Source: Marsupella aquatica | Lineage: Eukaryota; Plantae; Marchantiophyta | DNA: 64,000 nt | Direction of reading: 5' to 3' | NCBI GenBank assembly: GCA_973895155.1 | Contig: OZ316893.1 | Span: 6,284,863-6,348,862 of the forward strand | Shown: positions 32,887 through 47,337 of the stretch, piece by piece | How the letters are laid out: the number at the start of each line of letters is the position of its first letter | Numbering within the stretch: the first letter of the stretch is position 1 | Translations under genes and position numbers: made by a program | The notes under the pieces: model-generated | Seen by the model: only the letters and a program-made list of their open reading frames with translations | The model's database searches: none | What the model was told of the DNA's origin: nothing

Positions 32887-35800
32887 AGGTGGTTGATTAG
32901 TAATGGAATTATGAGAGACAGCTCTCAAAATTGTCTCCCTCACATAAGTATGATATGTTGAAAATGGGAGAGACTTCAACTGAATTCCATAAGCAATGAG
33001 CAGCAATTGTCAATGTATGAACATGTATTGAACCCAAGTGGTCTCCATAGCAGTTCCTATGACATCCCATTTTGTAAAACTAGTATAGTAAACTTTCAGA
33101 AATCTCTTCAAGTAAGTGTCTGTATCAACCAAGTCCAGCTCCATGCCATGAAACATTGCCATAGTTCTATTGAAACAATCCATGATTGTGTTGATCCGTG
33201 TTGTGAAAATGTCATCCGAGCACTTCTGCTGACACATGTGGCAAAGTGTGAAGGACACATTCAATGGTGTTCACAGATCCCTTGGTAGATGCCAAATAGG
33301 ATTTGTCCTGTTTGTCTGAATAAGGAAGTTGATGATGAACATCAAAGAATAGACAGGCAGAAGTTCCCAAAGAAAGTACAAATGAGCTCATTGTCCTCCA
33401 CTGCTAGGTCCCCATGATACAAGACCATCACTGCTTGTGTGGGTCGGAATGGTTCTCCCTCTTGCCGGAATTCATCAAATTGAGCTAACTCCATGTGAAA
33501 ATTAAGGTGCCAGTAGTGGGAGGTTGAATATGAGCTGACATTCACTTTTCTTCAACATGTAGTACCTCCAGAACTCATTGATCGTACCATTCATACTCGA
33601 CAAACAGCGCACATAAATTTGCAAATCTTGTGACTTGTTGTACTGGAGTCACCGATTGAAGACAAATGGTTGGTGTGAAGGACGTTTGTGTAGTAACTGT
33701 TTCATCCAGTCGTTCACATGTGACCTACTCTTCCTTCTAACTAAAAAATCTTCTACGTAAGAGATAGATTCCACCCCCCCAAGGAACGAACATCAATGTC
33801 GTCAGTTGCATTTTTGCCAACATTCCATGCAATTTCTTGACATCCTGCAGTGTTGTTGGGAGCTCCGCCAAAACCTTTTTGGGTACTGCAACAACATCCG
33901 GCTCCTCATCCGCAGAGCACGCCATGTAGGTTGCACAAAAGAGAATGTTCTCATTGCTGGCAGAGATAATGGGCATTGGCCTGGGCATCGCAGCATGATG
34001 ACGTATGAATACCTTATAAATTGCATTCTCGCAGGTTGAAGCATAAGGCGGGGACTAAATGGTAATACGAGTACCGTATTCCCATTTGTACATATGGTTG
34101 TTCGTGGTAATCGTACTTACGACAACACTTCCTTGTACAGTGGTTACCTGGCATACAGTCCTTAAAATTTTAAAATACTTCTGTAGATATCACTCCAAAG
34201 GCCAATGCAAATGGCCAGTGCTTAATAAACTGAAATGCGAGTGGGCAAGGCTGAGGGCAAGGCAAAATAAGATAAAGTATCCCGGAATGGGTATTGAAAT
34301 AAAAATTCGTTTTAAAATTGTGTGGTTCCTGCTCCCACGTCCATCATTATTAGGAGGCTGCCATAAAATACACTAAGTTTAGTGTTGTTACTTATTTAAA
34401 ACATTGTATCTGATGCTCGACGGAGGCATCCTCCCGGCTGTCTATGGAAATGTAGTGCAAAGATGGATTCAATTGCAAAGACAATTGCGTTGAATGGCAA
34501 AATGTGAAGGCCAGGGCACACTGCAGGAGAGCAGATTGTGAAATTGGATGCAAGAATTCATGGCAGCGAGAGATCAATGGAAGTATGTCCAACGCGCAAG
34601 CTTGCACTAGCTTGCAATTTCCAAAGGAGAGTGGACCCGCTGAATTTTCGGGAGTGAAAGCACCACAAATGATCACAAGCCTCGCAGATAAAGTAACACG
34701 TGTCCATTTCAAATAGCGCAGCAAAAGTATCCTGTAATAGGTGGAATTCACTATGACAAACCCCATTAAACATATAGCACATCCCAATAATAGCTGGGCC
34801 ATTGGCTGTATTAAATGTATAGTGCAAAGAAAACCCCATCACCCTTGAGATGACTAGGTTTGGTAATGGTTTTGCTTGATTGTGCCCCCAAGTTGGGACC
34901 TGGCCTGTCATCACAGATGAATAGCTAGGATTGCATGTGGCTCAAAGGAGAAAAGGGAAAAAGGAATTTACTGCCCCCAAGTTCTTGCAGAGCCACCCTA
35001 AGTCGAATAACTTGAGGCCAGATAAAGTTGACCCTAGTTTCCGGATAAACTCGCATTCAGAGTATTATTCATTGACATGGATTCTTGTTGTCGGCTGCTG
35101 AGTTGTGCACACTTTCCAGAAAAGTGCTCAAACAGTGATTACGACAGACTTCTCTTCTCCCTAGTCTGTTCGTCCAACATCAACGAACGACATACGTCAC
35201 CACGCGGAACCATTGACGATTCATGCTTGCTTTCGATTTCGACGCACCTTCGCTCTCAGTCTGGATGCACTTTTATCCCTCTCAATCGGTCCATCCACCA
35301 TCCATGGGCCCGTCGTTCTCCCCCATTTCTCACACGCTACTCAAGACCCCTCCTTCCGATCGATTTTTTCGCATCGATGATTCAGAGAAAAGAAGAGACA
35401 CTGCCTTCCCTTCGGCACGGTCTCGAGCACTTTTGATGCAGCTTCAATTTCATTTCGCTGACCAATTGGAGCTCAATCGTCAACCGGTGGTGTATAATTG
35501 TTACCTATCAGGACTCTTGATGGTGAGATGGGCCGGAGGAACGAGAACTCGTGTTGACTAAAATTCCTGTTGACTGAAAATTCCTGTCGGGCTATGACTA
35601 GGTTCGGAATTTCTCGCGTCACGGTGTCGAGAGATAACCCAGTTTAGTAATTGTGTGGCTGTTGAGCGGCTCTGATTTGTGAAATTGAAGCTGACAAGAC
35701 ACACAGCGACTCTCGAGCAGCTACTATATGTCGATTCGAAGGGTCGGATTGATGTTCCCATACGATGCAGCGTGTTTAAATGTAGTCCGTGGAGCCCGCC

Positions 35801-37560
35801 GTGGAGCAGTTCTTTCCTTTCAGCTGCTACTAGAGTGCGAGGGTTTAAGGATTTGACCGACCGGTAATCGTTGGGTGATCCGAACTCTGAGACTGTCGAC
35901 TGCAGGTACCGACCGAGCCCCCCACAACGGTGTTCTTCTGTCCTTCTGTGTTGTGCTGCTATCGGGTCTCTGTCATAGAATTCTGAATTGGAATACGAAG
36001 AACGAGACGAAGAACTGTCATCTATGGTTGGAACTCCAAATCTTGCGTTAGCTAGTCCCTATCTCTTTCTACAAGAGTTTCCCTGGTGTCGTCCTGCCTT
36101 CGAAGCTCCGGTTGTTTGTAGTCTAGCGAGCATCGGAGAGTTTTGTCGAATGTGGTCATGCATATGGAAACATCAATGCTTGCTATGTACAGAGCCCGGG
36201 TGAGCAATTATATGGCTACCTCAGTTATAAGTGAATCAGCCCTTCGTTTCAAGCTTTCATTTTATCAACAGTCATGAGGTCTTTGGACAGGGGATTTGAG
36301 AGGTGTGGTAATTATAAGTGAGAGATGAAGATGTGGCTTTTGACTGTCTTTGGAAATTGTAGCTTCGACGATTCCATGTAACTTGCGCACGCTCAGTTCG
36401 CTCGTTCTCAGAATCATCAGGATGGTCTTCTGAACGTCTACTCTGTCATGTTATCTTGATACATGAATCCGAATTCAGAGGGAAAATTGGCTTGTGCAAT
36501 TCGAAGTAGCAAGTGGCGCTGAGAAATCTGACGGCAAGGGATACATCATTAAAGATGGCAGAGCAATATTATATATTTGACTTTAATTTTAGTGGAACTT
36601 TGAAAAGGAAAGAATTAGTCCGATCCCGAAGTTCTCTGATCCTTAAACAGCTAGGTCTAGCCGATTGACCGGATTCGATTAGGTCGGCTCCCTGACATGA
36701 TCCTCACGCCATAACTAACCTTTGCTTGTCATCTTTTCTTTCGTCTGTTCAATTTCTCTCCACGTTCAATTGGGCAAATTGATGCGTCGTTTCTCCTCGT
36801 CTTTCGTTCTTACTCGAGCAATTCCAGACCATAACAAGTGGATTTGTCTCTCCAATAACAGTAATGAGATTTGCATATTTTCATCGAGGCTGTGATGAAG
36901 TACTGTAGAGCCAGGATGGCTTCCCGTATTGATTATCTACTGACGGTCCCTTGAATTCATCAGAACGTCGAGCCTTGATCTGATTATGCTCGTGGCTTTG
37001 AAGTTCGTCACTCGCATACCTGAAACCTTTGTGCAGAGTCACATGCTCATTAAGATACCCATTGTTTTGAAAAAAAGTATCCATTCGACAACAAAGGTCG
37101 GAAGTTCGGTAGTTGTATTTTCTACGCTACTTCTGAGCGAAGTGAATCCGGAGCCCCCTATGCTGGGAAGTCTGTGAAACCCTTCAATTTAGCGTTACAC
37201 CGATTCTTGCGTAACACTAGACTAAAACAAGGAGACATTGTGAACCTCTGGTCTACACGGTTGTCAGTAGCTACTACACAAGTGTTGAGGAGACACTAGA
37301 CTCAGTAGCAAGAGATTCTGAAGTGTACAGTACAACTGTAGTCTAAACTTTAGCTGAGCGCTTTCCTATCGTAATCACATCCAAAGTTTAAAAGAGATTG
37401 GAATCTCTCCAGTCAAAAGTGGCTAAAGAATCTTATAACCTGCTGTACTGTAGGTGTACACAAAGGCTGATGCGGACATATCTGTCATCCGATTGAAAAG
37501 CAGAGCAGCTTGTGTTCCCGGCTTGTGTCAAACTTGGACTCTACGAAATTTCGGTTGAGC

Positions 37561-38976
37561 ATGACGCGCGATCTTGGCAGTACGCGAGGACCTTCAATTA
37601 TGCCTCGACTGGAGTCGAAACCCTCAGGAAGCTATATCGATTTGAGGTTTTCTCGTCAGAGTTCGCAATGCTACCAGCCCTCAATTTCTGACGGCTACAA
37701 TTCGGAAGATTATATCGACATTTGCTTTCCTAGAGAGCAAGAAATCCATCATATTGACAATCTAGTGGAGAAACTGCAAGCGCTTAAAGCTCAGTCAGGT
37801 GCTGTACGCTCCAAGCAAAGTGCCGAGAACGCAGCCGAGGACAAAGACAATGCGCTGCCGAATACTGAGGTGCAGCTGGTCGAGAATGAATTCAAGGATA
37901 AGCGATTTCTACGAGTTTCTGAGGATTCTCTGAGAGTCGACGTGGAGGATTTCTACACCAGTCTCACATTAGGGCTCGACTCTTTGAAAGGGCTGGCGAA
38001 TTCTTCCGTCTTCTTCCTAACTGCTGATTTTATGCAGCAATCGATCATGCTGTTGCAAATCCTGGATAACGATGTTAGGGCTTTGCTCAGAAAGCTTTCG
38101 GATCTCAGTCACCCAAGTTCTGAAAATTTCTGCCGCGCACTACTCGAGTATACCAAGACGTCTGCGAAGCTTCTCGACGTATGCAACGCCTTGAAATTCT
38201 CAACGACATTGCTGAATGAGTACCAAAGTTCCCGAGCAGAGGCATCCGTTGTAGCAGTTGAGGCGCTGGTGGCTCTCCCCAAGAACGCACCGAGAGCAGT
38301 GCATACTTCTAAGGCGGAAGAGGCTGGACAGTGCATCGACAGCGCACAAGCCGAGATGATTCAAATGCGGGTAGAAGTGAAGTCACTTGTCAAATTCAGC
38401 AATAACGGGAGTTTTTCATATCTCGTTCCGAACTTAAATATCATGAATCCAGAGTCCAATTTTTCAAAGTGGTCTGGACTATGGGGCGTTCTGTTTGCCA
38501 TGAAAACAACATCATTTTATATCAGTCAGTTGCTTCTGGCGGGGCTGGCTCATGCTGGTGAGGGCCCAGCAATTATCGTTGCCAGCACGAATATGGCGTC
38601 ATTCAACTCTGGTTGGGCATCATCGCTTGCTGGTCTGCATATCCAAGTTAGAAAGCAATTCAACAAAATGAAGGACAGTGGTAGAGGATCCTGCAGCTTC
38701 ATGAGTCGAGACAACGACCTGTTAGAGTTCATGCTTCAAGACACGAAAGGCCACCTGCAGTCGCTCTTAGATCAGGGCAAATTTCTCAACATTGGAGTAT
38801 ACCTAGGAAGTTGGCAGACGCACAAAAAGAAGCTGCGGCATAACGTTCCTCGGCTACGACAGCACCTTCTGCTCGTTCGACATCGCCTGTCCACGCTTAT
38901 TGAAGGTGTCAAATCTTTGGCAAGTATAATGAGCGAGAACTTGAGCTCCGGGCGACGGCACTTGGATCAGATCTAG
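37561..38976 (+). CDS. BYPASS1-related (BPS1/DUF793-like) protein, intact single coding exon
   Basis: 471-codon ORF with FLTADFMQQSI...LLEYTKTSAKLLDVCNALK (family motif y.d.s.KlLDvCNa) and GVLFAMKTTS...GWASSLAGLH. Likely 5'UTR acceptor TGTAG near 37453. Start could be 37600. Confidence 0.8.
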   Translation: MTRDLGSTRGPSIMPRLESKPSGSYIDLRFSRQSSQCYQPSISDGYNSEDYIDICFPREQEIHHIDNLVEKLQALKAQSGAVRSKQSAENAAEDKDNALPNTEVQLVENEFKDKRFLRVSEDSLRVDVEDFYTSLTLGLDSLKGLANSSVFFLTADFMQQSIMLLQILDNDVRALLRKLSDLSHPSSENFCRALLEYTKTSAKLLDVCNALKFSTTLLNEYQSSRAEASVVAVEALVALPKNAPRAVHTSKAEEAGQCIDSAQAEMIQMRVEVKSLVKFSNNGSFSYLVPNLNIMNPESNFSKWSGLWGVLFAMKTTSFYISQLLLAGLAHAGEGPAIIVASTNMASFNSGWASSLAGLHIQVRKQFNKMKDSGRGSCSFMSRDNDLLEFMLQDTKGHLQSLLDQGKFLNIGVYLGSWQTHKKKLRHNVPRLRQHLLLVRHRLSTLIEGVKSLASIMSENLSSGRRHLDQI

Positions 38977-41224
38977 CTAACCAGATGAAATTGACCAAGA
39001 ATTTGGCCAAAGCTATATCTCCAGGGCTTACCAGTCTCCAGGGCTTATCTCAAGTCTACTCTATAGCTCGAATTGATTACCAAGAGCGTCCAGATGGTGG
39101 GCAATTGCATCTCATAAGTCAGTTCGAGTTGAGCCTCACATAAACTACTCCTATGAGAACAGTTTTCTACGTTTTCTGAGACAACTGTTCTTAACAGCGC
39201 ATCATACATTGCAACTCTTCCCAGCTAAGACTGACGTGGGTTAGTGGCAGGTTGGATACAGTACCAACCTCATAAGCTCAAAACAGGTGACACTGGGCCA
39301 AGATCAATTCAATTGCAAAATTCTGCGCTGAGATTGTGTCTCAGGCATCTCAAATAATACAGGCTTGTTGGGGAAATCGATTTAGTATTTAGAGTAGGTG
39401 AGAAACATGAATCATCGACTCAAGCTTTTTTCCCCGTGTTGTGTAAGTACGTACTATCGTAAGCATTTCAGAAATCTGACGCGTATGGATTTACAGTGCT
39501 ACATTGCTGGCGAGAGTAGTTAGAATCAGGGGTGTAGAGTCAGAGTATTTGTGCATAGTCAAGTTAGTAGAAAATTTCTGCGTCCCTTTGGTCTGAGTGT
39601 ATTTTGTAGAGTAATTGGACGGCCGCTGCTGCAGTCGTGGAGGCGTTTACGGAGTTTGCCAGGAAAGAACAAATGTATTTGTTTTTATTCATTTAGAATG
39701 AATATCGTGGTTTGCTTTTGTTTTCCCAGCTTGCGATCCCCATTCTTATGTCATGATGGTGGCCCCATTTATCGTCATTCGTTGCGAATAACGTCGAGAC
39801 CGTGTCAGCAAGTTAAGTTCTGACTCTTGAGAGGAGATAGTGGTTTTTTTTTTTTTGGCCTTGAAAGCCGAAAGGAGACCCACCCGAAACCAGAAGGCAG
39901 AAAGAGACACTTGAGAGGAGCACTTGCGAGGAGACAGTGCTTTACTATCCTGACTAATAGATACCTACAAGTATTCAAGAACGAGATTGACGTGTTGAAT
40001 TTCCGTCTATATCGAAAACGCCATCAGTAGATATCCACAGGTTGCATTTTGTGATTCACTGGGGTAGCTTGTCTCGCCACAACGGTCTTTCCAATCGATT
40101 GATTCTTCAAATTACATAATTTTAACTATGTGACATCAGGTAGACCCAGCACTCCTGAAGATCCAGTATCCCCTGACGTTCCTCAAGACAGTATATCCCA
40201 GTCAATGGTGTGTGGATATGACTCTGAAATCCATCTTCGTCCGTTTTCACATGATGCAAAGCCTGTAGGGCTCTGACTTTCGATGTTCATTCGTGTCTCT
40301 GTACTTCTCTATAATTTCAAACAAACAAAAATCGTACTGCTCAACAATCATGGGGTGGTCTAGTTCCTTTTTTTAAGCTTTGAAACCGACCCATCCAACA
40401 GAGGGTAGATGATCAACTTGCATGTGCCTTTGCAGGGTACCCACAAAGGGATGCCTGACCCTAATTACACATCAAAAATCAGCAACATCAGGTGTATTGT
40501 TCACAGGTTGAATGAATTTTACATACCATGATAAACCCAATTATTATTTTATTTCGTTGAGTGTCATTTTCTATGTATCCTAGTGTATCAATTACTGGGA
40601 GAGCGAAGGGACAATACCTGGGATCCAAAGCAGGAGGGAGAAAGGGCTAAATCAGGGCCCGAATTGGACCAACCAGGGACTGGAAGAAAAACAGGTACTC
40701 CCACACAATTCCGAGGGATCTGAACTAGGAGGGAGAGAGGCCAAAGGGACGATTTCTAGGGATCCACAGCAGGAGGGAGTGAGGGTTATACAAGCCAGGG
40801 CCCCAAAGTGAACGAGCTACTCTTGTAAGGAAAGCCAGAACGCCGACCACCCCGGGCAGCAAACCAGGAGGAAGAGAGGGTTAAACAGGCCCCGAGCGAA
40901 CCAGCGGGTTAAACAGACCCCAGAGCGGACCAGCCAGGGCTGTAAGGAAACATGCACTCCCACCATTATGGTGTCTCAAAATTAAAATCCTGCCATTGTT
41001 GGCTGGCCGGGAATGAGTCCAAGCCCCATCTAGTCGGTCGGTCGGTCGGCCATTTTCTGAACCGCACATTCCGGTATGGGCTTGCAATCCGCACAGCAAC
41101 CTAAACCAAACTTGACCAGCCTACAGTTACATAGGTAAAGTGTCAGAGGTTGCCATTCAATCCAGCCCCACCACACTTTTTGAACTTGCTCATTGCTTCC
41201 CTAAGGGTCTGAACAAGTTGATAT

Positions 41225-41300
41225 TGCATTGTTGGTGTCGTTGGTGACATTGTTGGTGTCTCTGGTGACATTGTTGGTCTCTGGTGACATTGTTGTGGTG
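41225..41300. repeat. 21-bp tandem repeat (GGTGACATTGTTGGTGTCTCT), about 3.5 copies
   Basis: Directly visible. Confidence 0.85.
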
Positions 41301-41419
41301 TAGCTCCGGTAACCTCGACCCCGCTCGATTATAAGTACCCCAATAGTGTGAACAGGGCCCGGAATCCTTTCGGAACATAATTACAGCGGATTTTTATTTC
41401 TGAGACTCCCTATTCACCC

Positions 41420-42520
41420 CACCCACACACGTACCCTTCGTACCCCTTGCGTGTGGAGAGGGCATTGACCGGTATATAGCTCTTGCATCTACCACACTGG
41501 TAGCACTTGTCAAACTGTCCGAACGTTTTGAGTTGGTTTTTGATGTTGTTGACGCTTGCTTATCTTCCGACTATATATACCCTGTTCCGAGGGACACAAT
41601 CACACCGACGATGAACAGATTTAAAAACAACCTCGCCTTTCCATCTCGGCCGCGTTCTGCAATTTGAAGCAAAAGAAGAAAAAATGGATTTCAGCTACCA
41701 ATCAAGATCTAGTCTTGCCTCCACACTCAATTCAATGTCTTATGCTGGTCAGCTTCTTCCCAAATTCCTAAGACACTCAAACAGCGAATTTTCTTTGGCT
41801 TTATTGTTTTGCGTCCACGACAACAATTCTGAAACATTTGGATGCACACCTGGTTTGATAAACAAAATCTGAGAATGTGATGTCTACCTGACGGGATTGA
41901 CTGATTGAGGGGTGCAGGAGACATGTAGGTAGACGACGCATGGAATCATGAAGGTGCTGAAGCTCACGAAGACGGCGCAATCATGCTGTTGAGGGGCCCG
42001 AAGAAGGGGATCAGGAGGGCCAGAAACCACAGGAAGCCCGCCACAGGGAGACGCGCCACGGCCCCGGCCACGGCTCGGAGGGGAAACGATATGTAGTGGT
42101 TTCCCCACAGCTCCTCAAACATTATGAACAACGGCATCACATACAGCCCGAAAGCCACTGCCTGCGGAATCAATTGAATTTTAAGTGTTATCTGGCATGG
42201 GAGACAATTATTTCACACTTCGAAACATCACATTTGTACAATTTGAAGCTCACTTTGAGAAAATCGACGAGAGAAAGCCCTCGATTTCAGAGAGCGAGGT
42301 GGCGGAGAAAAACGACAAGTGAGCCGGAGAAGAGACGGCAATTGTGAGGAAAGTCACACCTGATGGACAATCATGAACGATGGCGGTGCTGCGAGCGTTG
42401 GACGGTGGCAGCACCGTAAATGCATTGCTTTGTCTCAGTAAGATATTGAATGCACAGTACATTGTAATGCAGTGAGGGATGGTGATTCTGAGGAGGTGCA
42501 AGCAATTAACCACGTACACC
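41420..42520 (-). pseudogene. AUX1/LAX-like auxin influx carrier/amino-acid permease, 3' half only, disrupted
   Basis: Three exon-like blocks: ITIPHCITMYCAF..LLRQSNAFTVLP; AFGLYVMPLFIMFE...ARLPVAGFLWFLALLIPFFGPLNS; NQLKTFGQFDKCYQC. These match LAX ARLPVVIPIWFLAIIFPFFGPINS and TFGLFAKCYQC. Frameshifts present. Confidence 0.8.
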
Positions 42521-45107
42521 TATTTGCGTTCTCGAGGCTTCCACATGGCGTGCATAATCTCACTATCACACCAAACGATGGACAGCACAGAAAGTTGTTA
42601 TCATTAGGTTTGTGCACGTGATATGACCTATTGATGGACCAGCTGATCATTCAGAACTTCATGACGAATTCGAGGGAATCCATGTTTGTAGCCCGGTTCG
42701 TAGGAATCATAGTTAAGGGAATTCATGTTTGTAGCCCGATTCGTAGGAATTTTAATTAAGTCTGGTTTGTTTGGAAAGCGTGACATGTCACAGTACATCC
42801 TCTGATCGAGTACATCATATCAAGGGAAGCATGATTATGTGGAGGGTTTTGCGGCCTACTTACATCGTTATACCGTGACCACCTTTGGCAAACAAGATGT
42901 TTGTCATCCTAGTAAAGAATTGCGTCAAGTTGTCTGAGCCGCTGTGTTGTGCTCCACTAACCTGAGAAAATCATGACATTTAAGAGCACGTCAGTTTTAG
43001 TTGTTCTTGGGATAGGCACGTTTTCTCAACTCTTGTGTGGTCCCGAAATGAAAGATTAGATCTCTACAAAATAAACTCCAGTTGAGGAACTACAGTAGCC
43101 CCGAGACAAATGAAAGTATTCATGTGGATTTCTCGGCTTATCTTAGAGCGATATCCTTTTCATGCAATTCCACTTCTTCATTTCTTAAATTCTGCATAAG
43201 CCATTCTTCTGAAGATTTTGCGTTGTTTGTTTTGAACTCGATGCGAAATCGGCTTGTCCAGAAAGCATACATCGCTGATGTAAATATTCAGCATGTGAGT
43301 GTCGGTTGAATTGTTAAAATGCTCATCATTCATTCCTTTTGCAAAAATGTGACAAATCGTCTTTTGATTCACTAGTAGTTGGTCTATTTTGCAGGGCTCG
43401 GTCGGTCCTGATTCGTTTTTACATCTTAATTCGCCCACTTCATCTAAGAAATATCATCCGATGCGAGCTAAATCGTATTACAGCACGGAAATCTGCCAGG
43501 TCTTCAACGCCCAGCAACTTTACCTTGCCGTTCGTTAGTGTAGCAATTAGCAAGTACCATGCTGTCTAGGTGGTGGTCTCGCCCACGAAGGAGAACACAA
43601 ATTGTGCAGTATCGGCAACAAGACCATGCACATCGAGACGCCTCCAGATATAAATGTACTGCTGCTTGACGAGCTTATCGCTCAAGTAATACGCGTTGCT
43701 GTAAGAATTCAGGGTCCATGAAGTTTACAGAGATGATCAGCAACCTCACATGGCTAGACGCAAGTGGAGCTAAATCCAGTATAAGCAAATTGGTCTTAAT
43801 TCATTTGTCATCACCACCAGCTGGTGACTCCCGGGTCAAATAAACTCCAGGGCCATAAAGGCTAAAAGGTAAAAGCCACCAACAAAGAAACACAATTGCA
43901 GCACTTATGTGCCCTATCATTTGGTTCGAGCTATACTGTAAATTACGATGTTGGTTAGGCCACTTACCTGGCACAGTCAACTATCTGTATAGTGGCTACA
44001 GACCCCATCGTCATGATATTGAAAAATAGAAACAGCCGTCTCGCCCAGGGACCAACTAGCGCCGTATTCACCTCATGATACGGCGCAATGCAAACTTCGC
44101 GAGTCATTCAAGTTCAATGTGTTAGGAATCTATATCCATAATGCTGCAATTGGAACCGGTCCTTTCGGCGAAGCATGGTCCTGGCTGGTTTGGTAACCTG
44201 AATATGATCTACTGGAAAAGTTTCCAACCATTTAAGAATCCATCTGTTTCCAAAGTAGAGCGCACTGTCTCGTGCTTCCTTCTTAGACACGGACCTCTAG
44301 TCGTCAATGACAGCAGACACTAAGCAAATCTGAGCTGGCACTTTCCTCAACTCAAATTGAACATCGTGCAAAGCTTTGTGTGTCGGATTCGTATGGAAAA
44401 GATCGACGCCTCGTTATCGAGAACAGTTCATTAATGTATTGGACATATGCTTGGCGGATTGCAGTAGATATACCTGAATGACAGGTTCGTAAAGGACGTC
44501 CCTTTCCCCTAGCTCCTCGCGATAGCTGTACTCGATGTACGGGCTCGCAAGCAAGTAACATGTCCAAAGTCAGATGCACACATACAAGAGATATAAGACT
44601 AATCCAAGTTTTTGAGACCCATCTGTGCGTAAGATGTCGGCATTGACAAAACAACTTGCCCCACCTGAAATCAAACATCCGCCGAGCGGCACCTGGCTGA
44701 CCTCCAGCTAGGGCTCTATCCCTGGGGCTCATTGCACTGTGGAGTACGTTACACGCATGAATGGAAGGCAAGCTCCTTTTGAATTAGAGGACGGCTGAAT
44801 GGGACTTTACAGCGTGAATGCGTACTCACTTGAGCAGAAACAGCTTTCAACCTGGCGTCATAAACGGAGCCACCGTACCAAATAAGCTTATGAAAGGTGG
44901 CTCATGAACCAGAGGAGGCTGGTGCTCGGACCGCCTCCCCTCCAAGCTCAACTGTGTCGAAGCCATGTTTGGAAACCCTGTCATTCACATCCATTGGAAA
45001 TAATTCCTGATATTCGCTTCAGTCCTCAACTACTGGTCATCTGATTCGATTGATTTTTTACTCTCTCCCTCCATTGGAATTACTGCTGGTATTCGCTTCG
45101 CTTCAAG

Positions 45108-45110
<3 letters not shown>

Positions 45111-45166
<56 letters not shown>

Positions 45167-45195
45167 GCACTTACACTTCTTTGTGCCTTGAATGT

Positions 45196-45234
<39 letters not shown>

Positions 45235-45270
45235 TTTCTTTGTGCCTTGAATGTGGCCGCTCTCTCTCTC
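45111..45270. repeat. (CT)n microsatellites within a short tandem duplication
   Basis: Three CT tracts separated by repeated TTCTTTGTGCCTTGAATGTG. Confidence 0.95.
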
Positions 45271-47337
45271 TGACATTTCACTTCACTTCTTTGTGCATGA
45301 ATGTGGGTCCGTTCTGCGTTCATTTGGCGTAAACTTTGCGCAACGTCCAATCATCAGAAGGTAGACGAGATCTAGTTCCTTCCCAAATAATATCCAAAGC
45401 AATCTCCTTTTGTGAAAATTGGTGCTACATATACATGCACATCTCAATTTGGAATGGTCAGCCATTAATTACATTGTCACTTGAAAACAAAGGGAAATGC
45501 AGTTTCTGGTGAGTCACCAGTAATCAGTTATTAATCACCAGTTACTTGACTCACGTTTACTCAGTATGGCCTTCCTGTCCAGTGTTGTTGAATCACTCAC
45601 AGGACTGTTAGCTTTATGGGCCTACATTCTAGACCAGCAACCAAGTGCCCTGAAGCCTGTCAGCATCACACAGGGCCTCAATCTCAAAGAGAGGCCAAGT
45701 ACGAGATTTGAGAGGAGGCATTTCGAGCTTGATCAATGATTTGTCCAGCTATTTCAAGTGCATTTTATGCCAGACAATGACAGAGCATTGAGATAATTAT
45801 ACAGTAACGTGATGATTGTAAACTGTGGATTCTCCGCATGAAGAGGGTAGAATTGCTCTTTTTCTCCTTGCACACCTTTCTTAAATTTCTCTTTCCATCA
45901 GTCAATTGACTTATACAGTGCATGTTAAAACTATACGCTCATAGTACTCATCTTGACTGATGGAGTGCGTGTTAAATTTCATTCTGCCTCATGGCAGTAG
46001 TCTTGACTGATGCAATGATTTCTTCACTTGACTGATCGATGCAATTGGTTCTTTCTTTCAGGCATTGCACGGATCAACTCTTCCTTTGAAAATTGAGCAA
46101 GACTCCAGGCACAGATGAGTACCACCCTTCATAAATGGGTTCACCATAGCTTCATCCATTGATCGACTCAGTAGGTGATGGGAAACAGACTCTTGCAGGC
46201 AACTCCTCTGGACTACTAAAAGGAGGACTTGTCGTCCTGTCTACGTTTAATAGGAAGTACTTTAATTCACAGACACTCAAAGCATATGGATAAGTTTCAG
46301 AAATTTGGTTTATGTAGTTTTAGAAAGTTTCACCTTGTGATGGGAGGAAACTTTTGTTAGGGCACGTGTGAGAGCTGGAATTCACTCATCCACCTCAACT
46401 CTGGAGTCGCACATCCTTTCGTGTCATAGTGGCTCCCACAAAAACTAACAGCAGAAGTTAGAATTAGGGTCTAGGCTTCTAGAGTGAGGCCTTTCGACCC
46501 TGACTTTAGGGGCCCCACCACAATTTCTGTGGATACAAACAAAGATGGGATATTATGAATGGCAAAAGATGATCACACTTTTTGTCAGAATTTCTATTAA
46601 CATTGAGAGAATGAGCATTCAGGCTTGTAATTACTAAAATTTTGAGGTCTTCGTGAAACCTGAAGAATTTTGTCATGTCCTGGTGTACACTCTCCATTTT
46701 GAATGAACACATCGTTCTGGCCTGGAGTAATTTGGAAACTAAAGGACCTCCACATTGTCTATGAAGCCCACATGGACTAGCAAAGCTTGGATGGATTTGA
46801 TCAGAACATTTGAATTTACTCAGATAAGACTGTTTACACTTTTGATTGAAATGCGATCTATAAATGGTCTCCTAATGGTTTGCAGCTGGTTTCAGTTACA
46901 TGACCAAACTGGTGTCCTCGGGATCTTGATGACTTTACAACCTTGAACCTGAAAGATATCATGCCATTACTCAGGAACACCCGTTTTAGTTGACTCACAT
47001 GAAAGTTTCCAAATGTAAAGTAAAATCATGATTTAGAATATCTGATCATCTTGTGTTCATGTGAAATAAAACAAATAATTTCAAAAAAGTCTCAAACTTT
47101 GTCAGGCAATAGATTGCACATCAAAGACCATGCTGGTAAACTTTAAGCTCAAACGGAGACCAAAGCATTCTTCAAATAAATCAACTCAATCTGCCAAATT
47201 TAAAGGTAAGGTTTATGTACTAACAGTTGACAACTTTGAAAACCGTGTCGAGTAAGTCATCAAGACGTCACACACACTTGCAATGCACTCGTGAAGTTTG
47301 TGATGACTTGACAATTTTCTTAAGCAGTAGGCTCCAA

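Larger units (their letters stand above)
31590..34050 (-). pseudogene. Heavily decayed, unidentified coding sequence interrupted by two MITE-like inserts
   Basis: A chain of short co-oriented ORFs with protein-like composition; no family recognised. Confidence 0.3.

Noticed and set aside
45050-45250. SL-repeat ORF
   Set aside because: Translation of a (CT)n microsatellite.
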